This document shows positions 19,454-29,542 of a stretch of 64,000 bases of DNA, in pieces (position 1 is the first letter of the stretch; the number at the start of each line of letters is the position of its first letter). Origin of the DNA: Minisyncoccota bacterium (GTDB taxonomy: Bacteria; Patescibacteriota; Minisyncoccia; UBA9983). The position numbers and the translations under genes were made by a program. The notes under the pieces were generated by a model. That model ran no database searches. It was given only the letters and a program-made list of their open reading frames with translations, and was not told the DNA's origin. The stretch is taken from NCBI GenBank assembly GCA_041648395.1, contig JBAZPC010000002.1, forward strand, positions 29,181 to 93,180. The letters run 5' to 3'.

Positions 19454-20732
19454 CTACCTCAATTATACCCGATACCATCCCCATCCAACAGCTGAATTTA
19501 TATCTGCCGGGTTTTTGGGGCGTAAACTCTCTCATGGAAATTTCTCCGGGAGATAGTTTTATTTCTCCGTCAAACAAATTTCTCGCTATGACCGCGTTGG
19601 TGCAACCGCTTGTTCCGGTGTCGGTAATTTCCCATCTTACCGGAATGCCCGCTTTTACTTTGAAATAATTTGGTTTGTATCCCGAAGAAGACGCTTCCAT
19701 TTTTATAATCTGCTTCCCGTCAATAATAGACGCCAAATTTTCATTCAAGTTTTTTACTCCCAAGACGTTGAGTTGCGCGTTGATATTATAAAGAGCGAAA
19801 AACAAGACCAAAATTCCGGCAATTTTCATGAATCTTTCCGACCAGCGCGGAATACTTGAAAATTTAACGCTGGAAAAGCCGATGGCCAGCAAGCTAGGCA
19901 AGGTGCCGAGAGAAAACAATCCCATTATCAAACCTCCCTGCAAAGCGCTGCCTGATAAAATCGCCACGCCTTGGGCGGTTAAAGTAAACCCGCAAGGAAG
20001 AAAAAAAGTGAACGCGCCCATAAGAAACGGCGCGCCATGTCCGGGAGGCAGGTGGCCGCCAGCCACCTGCCTTGTCAAAAATTTCGGCATCCTGATCTGG
20101 AATTTCTGGAAAAATTTTATGCCGAGCATTTGCAACGACATTAGAATCATTAGCGCTGAAACAATTATTACAAGAAAAGAAGCTGACTTGAGAGAGAATT
20201 GCAACTTGCCACCCGCGACTCCCAGTAATGCGCCAAAAAAAGAATAAGAAATAATTCTTCCGAAACTAAAAAGCAGATGCGGACGCGGCCCGCTCCATTG
20301 TTTCGCCATGGAAAGAATTACCCCGCCAACCAGCGCCGCACAAGTGGAAAAGCCAGCGGCCAATCCGAATAAAAAGAAAGCAAAGAGAGACGATTTTGCG
20401 TTTATGTTCACCAGAGAAGAAATTCCTGTTTTTCCAATAAGAATAATTCCGGCGACTACAACCGCCGAAATAATTATTATTGACGCAATGCTGTTTTTAG
20501 AGAGATGTTCTTTTTGAAACGGATAGGAAGAGAAAACGTAGCCATTTTCTTTAAAAATTTTATTCAATTTTTCAACAGCAGGCGGAGCACTGTCATATTC
20601 AATTAGAACTTTTCCGTTTGACACGGAAGCGTCCGTCAGTTTCACTCCTTCCATTTCTAAAATTTTTTTTTCAATAAAAATCTCGCACGAGGCGCAATGC
20701 ATACCTTTTACATAATAAACGACTTCCTTCAT
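19446..20732 (-). CDS. HMA + DsbD_2/TauE-like membrane domain + cupredoxin-like domain protein
   Basis: GMHCASC, STCAALVGG, FFLPCG, FSCWMGM. Confidence 0.85.
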   Translation of the reverse strand: MKEVVYYVKGMHCASCEIFIEKKILEMEGVKLTDASVSNGKVLIEYDSAPPAVEKLNKIFKENGYVFSSYPFQKEHLSKNSIASIIIISAVVVAGIILIGKTGISSLVNINAKSSLFAFFLFGLAAGFSTCAALVGGVILSMAKQWSGPRPHLLFSFGRIISYSFFGALLGVAGGKLQFSLKSASFLVIIVSALMILMSLQMLGIKFFQKFQIRMPKFLTRQVAGGHLPPGHGAPFLMGAFTFFLPCGFTLTAQGVAILSGSALQGGLIMGLFSLGTLPSLLAIGFSSVKFSSIPRWSERFMKIAGILVLFFALYNINAQLNVLGVKNLNENLASIIDGKQIIKMEASSSGYKPNYFKVKAGIPVRWEITDTGTSGCTNAVIARNLFDGEIKLSPGEISMREFTPQKPGRYKFSCWMGMVSGIIEVVD

Positions 20733-20768
20733 AAGAATAATTCTATTCGGTGTGCTAGAATTAAACAA

Positions 20769-21242
20769 ATGGACTCAATGATAAGTAACAATTTGGACAT
20801 ATTTATAAAGCTTTCCGTCGCCATGTTTTTGGGCGTCATTCTCGGTGTTGAAAGAACGGTGGCGCATAAAACCGCCGGCATGAGAACGTACGGATTGGTG
20901 AGTATGGGAGCGGCGCTGTTCGTGGTAATTTCAGAAATGGTTGCCAAAAATTACCTCGGAAATGGCTCCGGAGGAGCCATTTCTTCCGTTGACCCGTTGC
21001 GCATGGCCTCGCAGGTTATCGCCGGCGTTGGCTTTCTCGGCGCGGGCTTGATTATCTTTCAGGAGTCGGGGCAGAGGGTCAGCGGGCTCACCACGGCGGC
21101 GGGGTTGTGGGTTTCCGCCGGCATCGGCATCGCCGCGGGCTTCGGATTTTTCTCTTTGGCAATTTTCGCCGCCGTTCTGTCTCTTTTTGTTTTTACAATT
21201 CTTTGGTTCATCGAGAAAAAAATAAAAGAAATGTCGCAATAA
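20769..21242 (+). CDS. MgtC/SapB family protein
   Basis: GVER..HKTAGMRT, DPLRMASQVIAGVGFLGAG, GLTTAAGLW. Confidence 0.92.
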   Translation: MDSMISNNLDIFIKLSVAMFLGVILGVERTVAHKTAGMRTYGLVSMGAALFVVISEMVAKNYLGNGSGGAISSVDPLRMASQVIAGVGFLGAGLIIFQESGQRVSGLTTAAGLWVSAGIGIAAGFGFFSLAIFAAVLSLFVFTILWFIEKKIKEMSQ

Positions 21243-21330
21243 GATATCCACAAGAATTTTTTAAGAACGCAAAATTTTGTTTCATAAAGAGATAAAATAT
21301 AAGTAGTTTAGATCTTTAAGGAGGTGAGGG

Positions 21331-21555
21331 ATGAAAGAGGGAAAACCGTTTGATTGCGATTATAGAAAAAAACAAGGATACAAAGATATCCACGTAGTTC
21401 CAAAAATAATAAACGGAAAAGAGATCTGCCCCCACACCAAAAATTATGCGTGCAAAAACATAATAAACTGCTCTTTTTATAGCACCCTCTTTGAATCACA
21501 TCTTAGTAGAAGAGATAAAATAATGCACGCCTGCGATTCCTACAACCCCGCTTAA
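21331..21555 (+). CDS. Small Cys-containing orphan protein
   Basis: 74 aa; GGAGG RBS; followed by hairpin acaaccccgcttaagtggggttgt plus T tract. Confidence 0.6.
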   Translation: MKEGKPFDCDYRKKQGYKDIHVVPKIINGKEICPHTKNYACKNIINCSFYSTLFESHLSRRDKIMHACDSYNPA

Positions 21556-21581
21556 GTGGGGTTGTTTTTTTAATAGGGTTG

Positions 21582-21631
21582 ATCCCGTTAGAGGCAGAGG
21601 CGCTGCGAGCCCTCGCGGCCTCTAATGGGAT
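21582..21631. repeat. Palindromic element
   Basis: atcccgttagaggc...gcctctaatgggat. Confidence 0.7.
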
Positions 21632-21667
21632 TGACTTTTGGCCTTAAAAAATATAATTTTAAGCATT

Positions 21668-21796
21668 ATGGACGACGATAAAGAAAAGGACGGCTGCGAT
21701 TGCGGTTCATGTCCCGGATGCGGCGCAGATGATGCCAGCGAAACAACCGCCGACGAAAAGGAAGTGGTTGAAACCGAGGACGAAGACGCGGAGTAG
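21668..21796 (+). CDS. 42-aa acidic microprotein with CxCxxCxxC
   Basis: MDDDKEKDGCDCGSCPGCGADD...EDAE*; TTGACT/TATAAT just upstream; below the ORF-track cutoff. Confidence 0.65.
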   Translation: MDDDKEKDGCDCGSCPGCGADDASETTADEKEVVETEDEDAE

Positions 21797-21822
21797 CCAA
21801 AACCCGGCAGGAAGCCGGGCCT

Positions 21823-21893
21823 GCGGGATTAGTTAAATGGTATAATATCAGTTTTCCAAACTGAGGTTAGGAGTTCGATTCCCCTATCCCGCA
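21823..21893 (+). tRNA. tRNA-Gly (TCC)
   Basis: tcagt-tttccaa-actga; T loop gttcgattc. Confidence 0.93.
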
Positions 21894-21899
21894 TTTTTT

Positions 21900-22002
21900 G
21901 GAGTTCCCTGCCCGCCATGCGAGCCGCCACGCCCGACTTCGCAAGATGAAGTCGTTGCGGGCGGGCAGGCGAGGCAGGCGGGGATTCTCCCTGTCCGCAC
22001 CA
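21900..22002 (+). pseudogene. tRNA 3' fragment with CCA, interrupted in the T loop by a 76-bp nested palindrome (21907-21982)
   Basis: ggagttc|cctgcccgc...ggcaggcggg|gattctccctgtccgcacca; 19/24 identity to the neighbouring tRNA-Gly 3' end. Confidence 0.8.
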
Positions 22003-22167
22003 GACAGGAAAAGTCAAAGAGTTTTGGTTCGCCTCGCTTCGCTCGGCGACTAATTTGTATTGGATTTTGGGGGTAAAAACGAATTGGCGATTCTGCATTT
22101 TGGGGGAAGAAAATTTTTTAATCATAAAGTCGAAATAAATTATTATTAACTATACTATAATGCACAT

Positions 22168-22725
22168 ATGAACAAAACTATTAAATATGCGGGTGTCGCT
22201 GGAATACTTTCTCTAATATTTGTCGTTCCAGTAACGTTTTTTGAAATTCTTAAGAGCTTGAACAAACTTGATGGTGGTTTCACATCGGTATACATTTTTG
22301 TTCTCCTCATATCATTGATTTTGTACATTGTTTTCATACATGGCTTTAAACTTGTTGCGGAAAAATATCAAAATAATTTATTGAGAATATCGTCTTATAT
22401 TTTGATAATTTCTGCCATAGTTTATTACGGCTATTTAGTGCTCACTTTAATTTCTCCAAACCTAGACAATATTGTGATCCAAATTTTGGCCGCAGTAATC
22501 TTTGGAGCAGCAAATATCCCATTCGGGATTGCTTTATTAAAACTAAAGCCACAATTTGGTTCTCTCGCCACTGGTGCAGGCGTTGTAGAAATAATTACAG
22601 GTGTCAGTCTTTTATCGGTTATATTGTCAATCGTTGGAATTTTACTACTCATACCTCTTTATATTTTAACGTCAATGATTTTGTTTCGAGCAGCTAAAAA
22701 AATCGAAACAACTCCAGCAATCTAG
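22168..22725 (+). CDS. Multi-pass membrane hypothetical protein
   Basis: 185 aa, five to six hydrophobic helices. Confidence 0.75.
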   Translation: MNKTIKYAGVAGILSLIFVVPVTFFEILKSLNKLDGGFTSVYIFVLLISLILYIVFIHGFKLVAEKYQNNLLRISSYILIISAIVYYGYLVLTLISPNLDNIVIQILAAVIFGAANIPFGIALLKLKPQFGSLATGAGVVEIITGVSLLSVILSIVGILLLIPLYILTSMILFRAAKKIETTPAI

Positions 22726-23040
22726 TTAATCTCTGAATTGCTTTTATTGAATGCCGCCAAAGAAAAACTTGAAATTGTCAGCAGTGCGGCTCCGCCGTCT
22801 TTCCGAATTTTCGCGGGGGGAATTCCTCGCCGCCTGCGGCGAAATGCGTTCGGACTAATTCAAGAATCCCGCATTCAAATCAAAACCTGCAAACAAAATT
22901 TTCCTTGGTGTTCCGCTCTGAACAAGCAGGCGGAGGTTCCCCTAGCTTCACCGCTCGGACGGCGGGGCGGAAGGAGGTTGGGGGAGGAATGGAAATCCAC
23001 AGGGGTTGACTCGTTGTGCTTTCCAGACTTGTGCTATAAT

Positions 23041-23817
23041 ATGAACATTATGGAAATACTTATTTGGCCGATGGTTGGTTTCGTGTTTTTCCTCGTCCTA
23101 TTTGGATTGAGGATAGTTGATCAATATGAGCGCGGAGTTGTGCTTACTCTTGGTAAATACACAGGAACGCGTTCGCCCGGTTTGACGTGGATTCTAATTG
23201 GAATTCAGAAAATGACCAAAGTTGATTTGCGTATCACCACTACCGACATACCACAGCAAGAAGTTATCACAAAAGATAATGTTCCCGTCGGTATCAACGC
23301 GGTAGTATACTTCCAAGTTCAAAATGCCGAGCAGGCTGTTTTAACTATAAAAGATTACACGCTCGCGGTTTCCCAATACGCGCAGGCAGCACTTCGAGAT
23401 GTTATCGGCAGTATTGAACTTGACTCGCTTTTGTCGGAAAGAGAAAAAAATGCCGAAGAAATCCAAAAGATTGTTTCCCAAGCAACGGGGTCTTGGGGTA
23501 TTTTGGTTACTGATATTAAAATCCAAGACATAGAACTTCCAGCAGATATGAAGCGCATCATGGCAAAGCAAGCGGAGGCAGAACGTGAACGCCGAGCAGT
23601 TATCATCAAGGCAGAAGGAGAATTTGCAGCGTCAGAGCGACTTGCTCAAGCGGCTGGTGTCTTAAGTAGTACGCCGGGTGGTATTTCAATGAGAACTCTA
23701 CAAACAATAGAGAAAATAAATCCCGATCCTTCCAAGACGGTTATCTTTGCTTTGCCGGTTGAGTTTTTTGAAGGAATAAAAAGCCTCTCGAAATATTTTA
23801 ATGAAAAACAAAAGTAG
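23041..23817 (+). CDS. SPFH/band 7 (stomatin-like) protein
   Basis: QYERGVV, VDLR, VITKDNV, MAKQAEAERERRA; start at ATG 23041 or 23050 after TGnTATAAT. Confidence 0.92.
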   Translation: MNIMEILIWPMVGFVFFLVLFGLRIVDQYERGVVLTLGKYTGTRSPGLTWILIGIQKMTKVDLRITTTDIPQQEVITKDNVPVGINAVVYFQVQNAEQAVLTIKDYTLAVSQYAQAALRDVIGSIELDSLLSEREKNAEEIQKIVSQATGSWGILVTDIKIQDIELPADMKRIMAKQAEAERERRAVIIKAEGEFAASERLAQAAGVLSSTPGGISMRTLQTIEKINPDPSKTVIFALPVEFFEGIKSLSKYFNEKQK

Positions 23818-23820
23818 TTG

Positions 23821-24630
23821 CTATTTGATTTCTTTCAAAAATCCTTCGATAAGGGCAACTGTCTCATCCGCCTTTTGAAATACTGATTTCCAAATTACAA
23901 CAATATCCGCATCGTTGAAAATTGACCGCTGAACTTCGCGAAGTGTGTCGCCTCCAGCGATAGAGATCATGATGTTGTAATTGCCTTTTATGCGACGAAT
24001 TTCGTGTAAAGGTATTTGTTTTTCCCGATTAAATTTTTCCTCATCTACACCTCGGTGAATAATAACTACAGCCGGAATTTTTTTGAGCGAGCGCAATACC
24101 GATAAAGGAAATTCTACATTCATCATGTCAATCATTGCGTCCAGTCCGCTCTCCTCACATTTTTCCACAAACGAATTGAGGGTTTCTATTGGCGCATTTC
24201 CTAAAGCAATAGCCGCGCTCGCTCCGCCCCTTGCGGCTATCTCAACTTCGGTTTCGCCTCTATCCATTGTTTTCAAATCGGCAACAATGTAGGGAAAAAT
24301 TTCTGTACTATTTTTTGTTGTGGAAGGTGCTGTATTTGTGTTAAAAGCAGTTTGAAAAAGTAACGAGGCTACAGAAATTGAGGACGAAACGGCCGGTGTT
24401 AAAAATTGCCCAGACAAATGCTGTTCGTACCATTGGCGAATTTGCCGTATTCCATGTTCTCCATATCTTTTGATAAGCGGCGTTCCAGCTTCAATAATAA
24501 TTCTGTCGCTTATCGGCAATTGATTGATAATTTCATGAGCGTCCTCAAGCGTACCGTTTAATGCCACTTGCAAATAGCGTTTTTTGGGATTTAACCTATT
24601 TGTTGGTTTGTCAGCCATAGATGGCGTCAT
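23821..24630 (-). CDS. 3-hexulose-6-phosphate synthase-like / OMP decarboxylase superfamily protein
   Basis: LQVAL, IEAGTPLIKRYG, IVADLKTMD, HRGVDEE, IAGG. Confidence 0.8.
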   Translation of the reverse strand: MTPSMADKPTNRLNPKKRYLQVALNGTLEDAHEIINQLPISDRIIIEAGTPLIKRYGEHGIRQIRQWYEQHLSGQFLTPAVSSSISVASLLFQTAFNTNTAPSTTKNSTEIFPYIVADLKTMDRGETEVEIAARGGASAAIALGNAPIETLNSFVEKCEESGLDAMIDMMNVEFPLSVLRSLKKIPAVVIIHRGVDEEKFNREKQIPLHEIRRIKGNYNIMISIAGGDTLREVQRSIFNDADIVVIWKSVFQKADETVALIEGFLKEIK

Positions 24631-24795
24631 TATATTAGATTTAGACGAATTTTGCCAATTGTTTCGGTGAAAAAAGAAAAGAAGCCCGCGAGGTAGCCGC
24701 CAGAAAGACATAAAAAACAAAAAACCCTCGACACAAGCTCGGGGTTTTTTGTTTTTCCTAGCTAGAAAAAAATTATTTGACTGCAAGCAGTGAGT

Positions 24796-25068
24796 TTATC
24801 GAACTGCTTCTTTCAACGCCTTGGCTGCCCTGAATTTCGGGGCTTTTGAGGCCGGGACGCTCACTGCCTCTCCTGTTCTTGGGTTCCTCGCCTGGCGCGC
24901 CTTTCTTTGTTTTACGGAAAAAATTCCCAATCCGGCAATAGAAACTTCGTCTCCTTTTTTGAGAGAAGAAACGATTGAGTCAATCATTGTGTCAACCGCC
25001 TTTTCCGCGTCAACTTTGGTTCCTCCGAGAACATTTTGCACCGCTTCCACAATTCCATTTTTATTCAT
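24796..25068 (-). CDS. hup: DNA-binding protein HU
   Basis: GLGIFSVKQRKARQARNPRTGE, PKFRAAKALKEAV. Confidence 0.96.
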   Translation of the reverse strand: MNKNGIVEAVQNVLGGTKVDAEKAVDTMIDSIVSSLKKGDEVSIAGLGIFSVKQRKARQARNPRTGEAVSVPASKAPKFRAAKALKEAVR

Positions 25069-25074
25069 AAATTG

Positions 25075-25155
25075 AGTATTTAGTAGCCAGTATTTTAGTA
25101 GCCAGTATTTTTTAAAAAATTATTCTGACTACTCTTTACTGATTACTGATTACTA
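25075..25155. repeat. Convergent arrays of 7-nt (CAGTA-type) repeats in the hup leader
   Basis: agtatttagtagccagtattttagtagccagta ... tctgactact...tactgattactgattact. Confidence 0.7.
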
Positions 25156-25221
25156 TTATTAATTTTCGACCTGTTATTATATGGCTCTATTATATAGATT
25201 GGCCTTTTTAATGCAATACCC

Positions 25222-26751
25222 TTATCTGGCGTACTCAATTACCCTTGAATCTCTAATAACGCTCACTTTTATCTCGCCCGGGTATTTCAATTCGTCTTCA
25301 ATTTTATCGGCAATTTGGCGCGCCATCTTTTTCGCCTCAATATCGGACACCTTGTCGGGCGTGACGAAGATTCTTATCTCCCGTCCCGCTTGAATGGCGT
25401 ATGACTTTTCCACGCCAGTGAAAGAATTGGCTATTTTTTCAAGGTCTTCCAGCCGTTTCAGGTAATTTTCCAGCGTGTCCCGCCTCGCGCCCGGCCTGGC
25501 GCCGGAGATGGCGTCGGCCGCCTGCACGATCACCGCTTCCACGCTTTCATACGCGTATTCCTCGTGGTGCGCCTGCATGGCCTTGATAATTTTTTCGTCA
25601 ACGTTGAATTTTTGGAGAATCCTCCTGCCGATGTCCACATGCGTCCCTTGGATTTCGTGGTCCATGGCTTTGCCGATATCGTGCAGAAGTCCGGCTTTTT
25701 TCGCCACCTGCACGTCAGCTTTCAATTCTGAGGCCAGCATGCCGGCAAGGTGCGCCACTTCAATGGAATGCTGGAGAACATTCTGGCCGTAGCTTGTCCT
25801 AAAATACAATCTGCCTAAAATAGAAAGGAGTCGCTGGTCAAGGTCAATCAATCCCGTTTCGTACGCAGCCGCTTCTCCTTTTTGTTTGATGAGTTTATCA
25901 ACCTCCATTTTCGCCCGCTCTGCCATCTCCTCAATTCTTGCCGGCTGGATTCTGCCGTCCAAAATCAAATTTTCCAAAGCGATTTTTCCAATCTGCCTGC
26001 GCACGGGGTCAAATGAGGAAATGACAACGGCGCCCGGCGTGTCGTCAACGATAATTTCCACTCCCACGGCCTGCTCCAGCGCCCTAATGTTTCTTCCTTC
26101 CTTGCCGATAATTTTTCCCTTCAAGTCGTCGGAGGGAATAGGCACGGTGGTGGTGGTAACCTCCGAGGCGGTTGAAGAAGCCAGCCGTTGAATGGTGGAA
26201 ACTAAAATATCTTTCGCTTTCCTTTCAAATTCCTCCCTGCCCGTCATTTCCATCTTTTGAATGCGCATCATCAAATCCTGTTCATATTTTTTCTCTGTCA
26301 TTTCTATCAACTCGTTTTTGGCCTGCTCTTCCGAGAGGGAAGAAATTTCTTCCAATTCCGTCATTTTTTTCGCCTCCAGGGCTTCCAGTTCTTCTTTTTT
26401 ATTTTTCAAGAAAACGATTTTTTCCTGAAGATTCTGCGCCTCTTTTTCCACTTCCTCGCGCCTTTTTTCCACATTCTCTTCTTTTTGTAAGGCACGCTCT
26501 TCAAGTTTGCGCACTTGAACAAGGGCGGTTTTTTCCTCCTTTTTTGCTTCTTCTAATATAGATTCTGCTTTTTGTGTCGCTTCTTCTATCGCTTTTTGCG
26601 CCTTGTCTTTGGCGTCAAGAAGGAGCTGTTTTATCTTAAATTCGGCCGAACTTTTTTGTTTAAGAGAGACGAGCTGGTGAAAGAAATAGCCGATGATTAT
26701 TCCTCCCAATCCCGAAAAGCCCGCCAAAAGCACAACTTTGGTTAAATTCAT
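25222..26751 (-). CDS. rny: Ribonuclease Y
   Basis: N-terminal TM and coiled coil, KGKIIGKEGRNIR KH domain, RTSYGQNVL, LLHDIGK, AIQAGREIR. Confidence 0.96.
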   Translation of the reverse strand: MNLTKVVLLAGFSGLGGIIIGYFFHQLVSLKQKSSAEFKIKQLLLDAKDKAQKAIEEATQKAESILEEAKKEEKTALVQVRKLEERALQKEENVEKRREEVEKEAQNLQEKIVFLKNKKEELEALEAKKMTELEEISSLSEEQAKNELIEMTEKKYEQDLMMRIQKMEMTGREEFERKAKDILVSTIQRLASSTASEVTTTTVPIPSDDLKGKIIGKEGRNIRALEQAVGVEIIVDDTPGAVVISSFDPVRRQIGKIALENLILDGRIQPARIEEMAERAKMEVDKLIKQKGEAAAYETGLIDLDQRLLSILGRLYFRTSYGQNVLQHSIEVAHLAGMLASELKADVQVAKKAGLLHDIGKAMDHEIQGTHVDIGRRILQKFNVDEKIIKAMQAHHEEYAYESVEAVIVQAADAISGARPGARRDTLENYLKRLEDLEKIANSFTGVEKSYAIQAGREIRIFVTPDKVSDIEAKKMARQIADKIEDELKYPGEIKVSVIRDSRVIEYAR

Positions 26752-26957
26752 ATGCGTAGAGCATTTTGTTCTTATTTTCCATTTTTTTTAAACTCGAACT
26801 GATGCCAAAATTAAATAATAAACTTATGGCTTTATAGTAGCCCATATGATAAAATAAATCAACATAGGGACGAGTGGTGATGGGTTGATGTTATCGAACT
26901 TCAATTTTTTGCGAAGATTTATAATAAGGATATAAAGTATTTTATAAAATAAATCTT

Positions 26958-27395
26958 ATGTTAGTATTTGTTCTAATTTTAATATTAATTGCGATACTGT
27001 ATTCAACTGAACGCGGGAGAGAACTTCTCAAAGATGTTTTGTTATTACCCTTTAAAATAATAGGTATCCCTTTTAAATTAATAAGAGAAGGAAAAGATAG
27101 AATTCAAGAAGAAAAATTAGCACAAGAGATACCCAAAGACAAAGAGGAAATTAAAATATTACTTTCAAAAAAACAGATTGAAATGTTAGATGAAATTAGC
27201 CTCGAAATCGGTTGGAAAAACAATAAAGACATAATTATCGAACAAGTAAAATTTTTTGAAAGTATTTTAGAAAGTGGTGCCGACCCAAGAAATCTTAATT
27301 TGACTGAAAACTTTTACTATATTAAAAGTGGTCTTTTTGAGAAAGCAAAAAAAGAATTATTGGATAAGAGTAAAAACTTTATACCAAAAATATAG
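26958..27395 (+). CDS. Hypothetical protein
   Basis: 145 aa AT-rich ORF with N-terminal anchor. Confidence 0.6.
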   Translation: MLVFVLILILIAILYSTERGRELLKDVLLLPFKIIGIPFKLIREGKDRIQEEKLAQEIPKDKEEIKILLSKKQIEMLDEISLEIGWKNNKDIIIEQVKFFESILESGADPRNLNLTENFYYIKSGLFEKAKKELLDKSKNFIPKI

Positions 27396-27414
27396 AAGAT
27401 AAATCTTGAATGTT

Positions 27415-27615
27415 ATGGATTACTCAAAATTAAAAAAACTTGAAGCAGAATACTTGCATCTTTTAAAAGTATCATCTCAAGGGGAAGAAAGAATAAAATT
27501 ATTTGAATCTAAAAGCATACCACTAGAAAAACATGGAGAACATATTGTATTTTTAGAAAACGAAATCATAAAGTTAAAGGAAGAATTATCATCAGAAGGG
27601 ATTATTTACAAATAA
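27415..27615 (+). CDS. Hypothetical protein
   Basis: 66 aa ORF from ATG 27415. Confidence 0.5.
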   Translation: MDYSKLKKLEAEYLHLLKVSSQGEERIKLFESKSIPLEKHGEHIVFLENEIIKLKEELSSEGIIYK

Positions 27616-27979
27616 AAAAATGATAAGTCCACAAACAAAAAAGAATATATTGAAGATGATTTGGCTTAATAATTGAAGTCCGTTTTCAGTTTTCAATAAG
27701 GGCCATTTTTATAAGTATCTAATCATATCCTTACGATCGTATGAATATGATTAATTTCAAATTTTCCAAACAACCCAATATAGTATCCCCTATAAAAGGC
27801 GATAGTATCGGTTAGGGGATAGTAGGTAATGATAATGAGATAAAATAAAATGCAGTTTCCTGTGCTACAAAATTAAATAATAAATCCTAAAAATCTATTG
27901 TCCCTATTTTGAGCGATCGCTGATTTTGGAGACAATGTAAAATGCGAAAAAGGCAAGTTCCTGTGCTACAATTAAAAAA

Positions 27980-29542
27980 GTGGAGAAAAAAATAAGTGAA
28001 ATAAAAAAATATAAACCTGTTGCGCTTGTTATCATTGACGGCTTTGGGGTTTCGCCCGATAAAGTTGGTTCGCCGTGGGAAGCGGCGAAGCATCCGGCGT
28101 TTGAAGAGATAGAAAAAAATTTTCCGTTCACTTCTTTGCAAGCGTCGGGTATCGCCGTCGGTTTGCCGTGGGGGAAAGAAGGGAACAGCGAAGTCGGGCA
28201 TCTTACCATCGGCGCGGGAAAAATAATTTACAATTATCTGCCGCGTATTTCCACCGCCATTGAAGACGGAACTTTTTTCACGAACGAGGCGTTCTTGAAA
28301 GCGGTAAAACATGTGCAGGGCAATAGTTCTTCTTTGCATATTCTCGGTCTTTTTTCTTCCGGCACGGTGCACGCTTACGAGGAGCATCTTTACGCGCTTT
28401 TGGAGTTGGCAAAAAGAAACAATTTGCCGAAAGTTTTTCTGCATCTTTTTTCCGACGGCAAGGACGCCTATCTGAAAGAAGGCGCCGTTTATTTTAAAAA
28501 TTTGGAAAAATATCTTGCCGAGCAATATCCGAACGTAAAAATCGCCTCGGTCATAGGCAGAAAATACGCCATGGACAGAGACGGCAATTGGGACAGGACG
28601 GAAAAAGCGTACAAACTTTTTACTGAAGGGGTAGGTGAGCCGTTTAAGTCGGCTTCGTCGTTCATGGAAGAAAATTACAAAAAAGAAATTTTTGACGAAG
28701 CGGTCCCCGCCGCCTTCGCTGAAGCTACGGCGGGCCAAAGCAGAATCAAAAATGGTGACGCCATAATCTTTTTTAACTTCCGTGAAGATAGTGAGAGACA
28801 ATTATCCAGTATGTTTATAAAGAAAGAAGATGTTTTAGTTGTTACCATGACCGAATACGATAAATCGCTTCCCGCCCTCACCGCTTTCAAATCGCTGGAA
28901 ATTGGTTCGCCTTTGGCAAAAATAATTTCGGACGCCGGTTTGTCCCAACTGCACGTGGCGGAGTCGGAAAAATACGCCCACATCACTTATTTCCTCAACG
29001 GGGGAGAGGAAAAGCCATTCAAAGGGGAGGGAAGGGTTTTGGTGCCGTCGCCTCATGTGCCATCTTACAGCCAGGCGCCGGAAATGTCGGCGGAAAAAGT
29101 TTCTGAAGCGATTATCACGGGATTAAATAAATATGATTTTGTCGCCGCCAATTTCGCCAACGCGGATATGGTGGGACACACCGGAGATTTCAAGGCGACA
29201 GTCGCGGCTTTGGAAAAAATTGATTCTTGTATTAGTAAAATTGCCGCAGAAATTTTAAAGCTTGATGGCATCTTAATTATCACCTCTGACCACGGCAACG
29301 CCGAGGAAAAACTTTACAAGATGACGGGGGAGAAAAAAACAAAGCATTCCATCAATCCGGTGCCGTTTTATTTAATAGGGAATGATTTCAAAAAAGAAAT
29401 GATAGCAACGAGCGACGAGATAGATAAAAATTACAAAGATGTGAAAGGCACTCTTTCCGACGTGGCGCCGACAATTTTGGAACTTTTTGGATTAAAAAAA
29501 CCAGCCGAAATGACCGGTAAAAATTTGCTGGAATTATTTTGA
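27980..29542 (+). CDS. gpmI: 2,3-bisphosphoglycerate-independent phosphoglycerate mutase
   Basis: [48 protein letters not shown]. Confidence 0.96.
   Translation: MEKKISEIKKYKPVALVIIDGFGVSPDKVGSPWEAAKHPAFEEIEKNFPFTSLQASGIAVGLPWGKEGNSEVGHLTIGAGKIIYNYLPRISTAIEDGTFFTNEAFLKAVKHVQGNSSSLHILGLFSSGTVHAYEEHLYALLELAKRNNLPKVFLHLFSDGKDAYLKEGAVYFKNLEKYLAEQYPNVKIASVIGRKYAMDRDGNWDRTEKAYKLFTEGVGEPFKSASSFMEENYKKEIFDEAVPAAFAEATAGQSRIKNGDAIIFFNFREDSERQLSSMFIKKEDVLVVTMTEYDKSLPALTAFKSLEIGSPLAKIISDAGLSQLHVAESEKYAHITYFLNGGEEKPFKGEGRVLVPSPHVPSYSQAPEMSAEKVSEAIITGLNKYDFVAANFANADMVGHTGDFKATVAALEKIDSCISKIAAEILKLDGILIITSDHGNAEEKLYKMTGEKKTKHSINPVPFYLIGNDFKKEMIATSDEIDKNYKDVKGTLSDVAPTILELFGLKKPAEMTGKNLLELF

Noticed and set aside
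22738-23040. N-terminal extensions in the ORF track (SPFH 22738, HPS-like 24786, tyrS 38263, xer 13786, AbiEii 54523, GIY-YIG 61255)
   Set aside because: They cross promoters, repeats or other genes; family motifs begin at the downstream ATGs used here.
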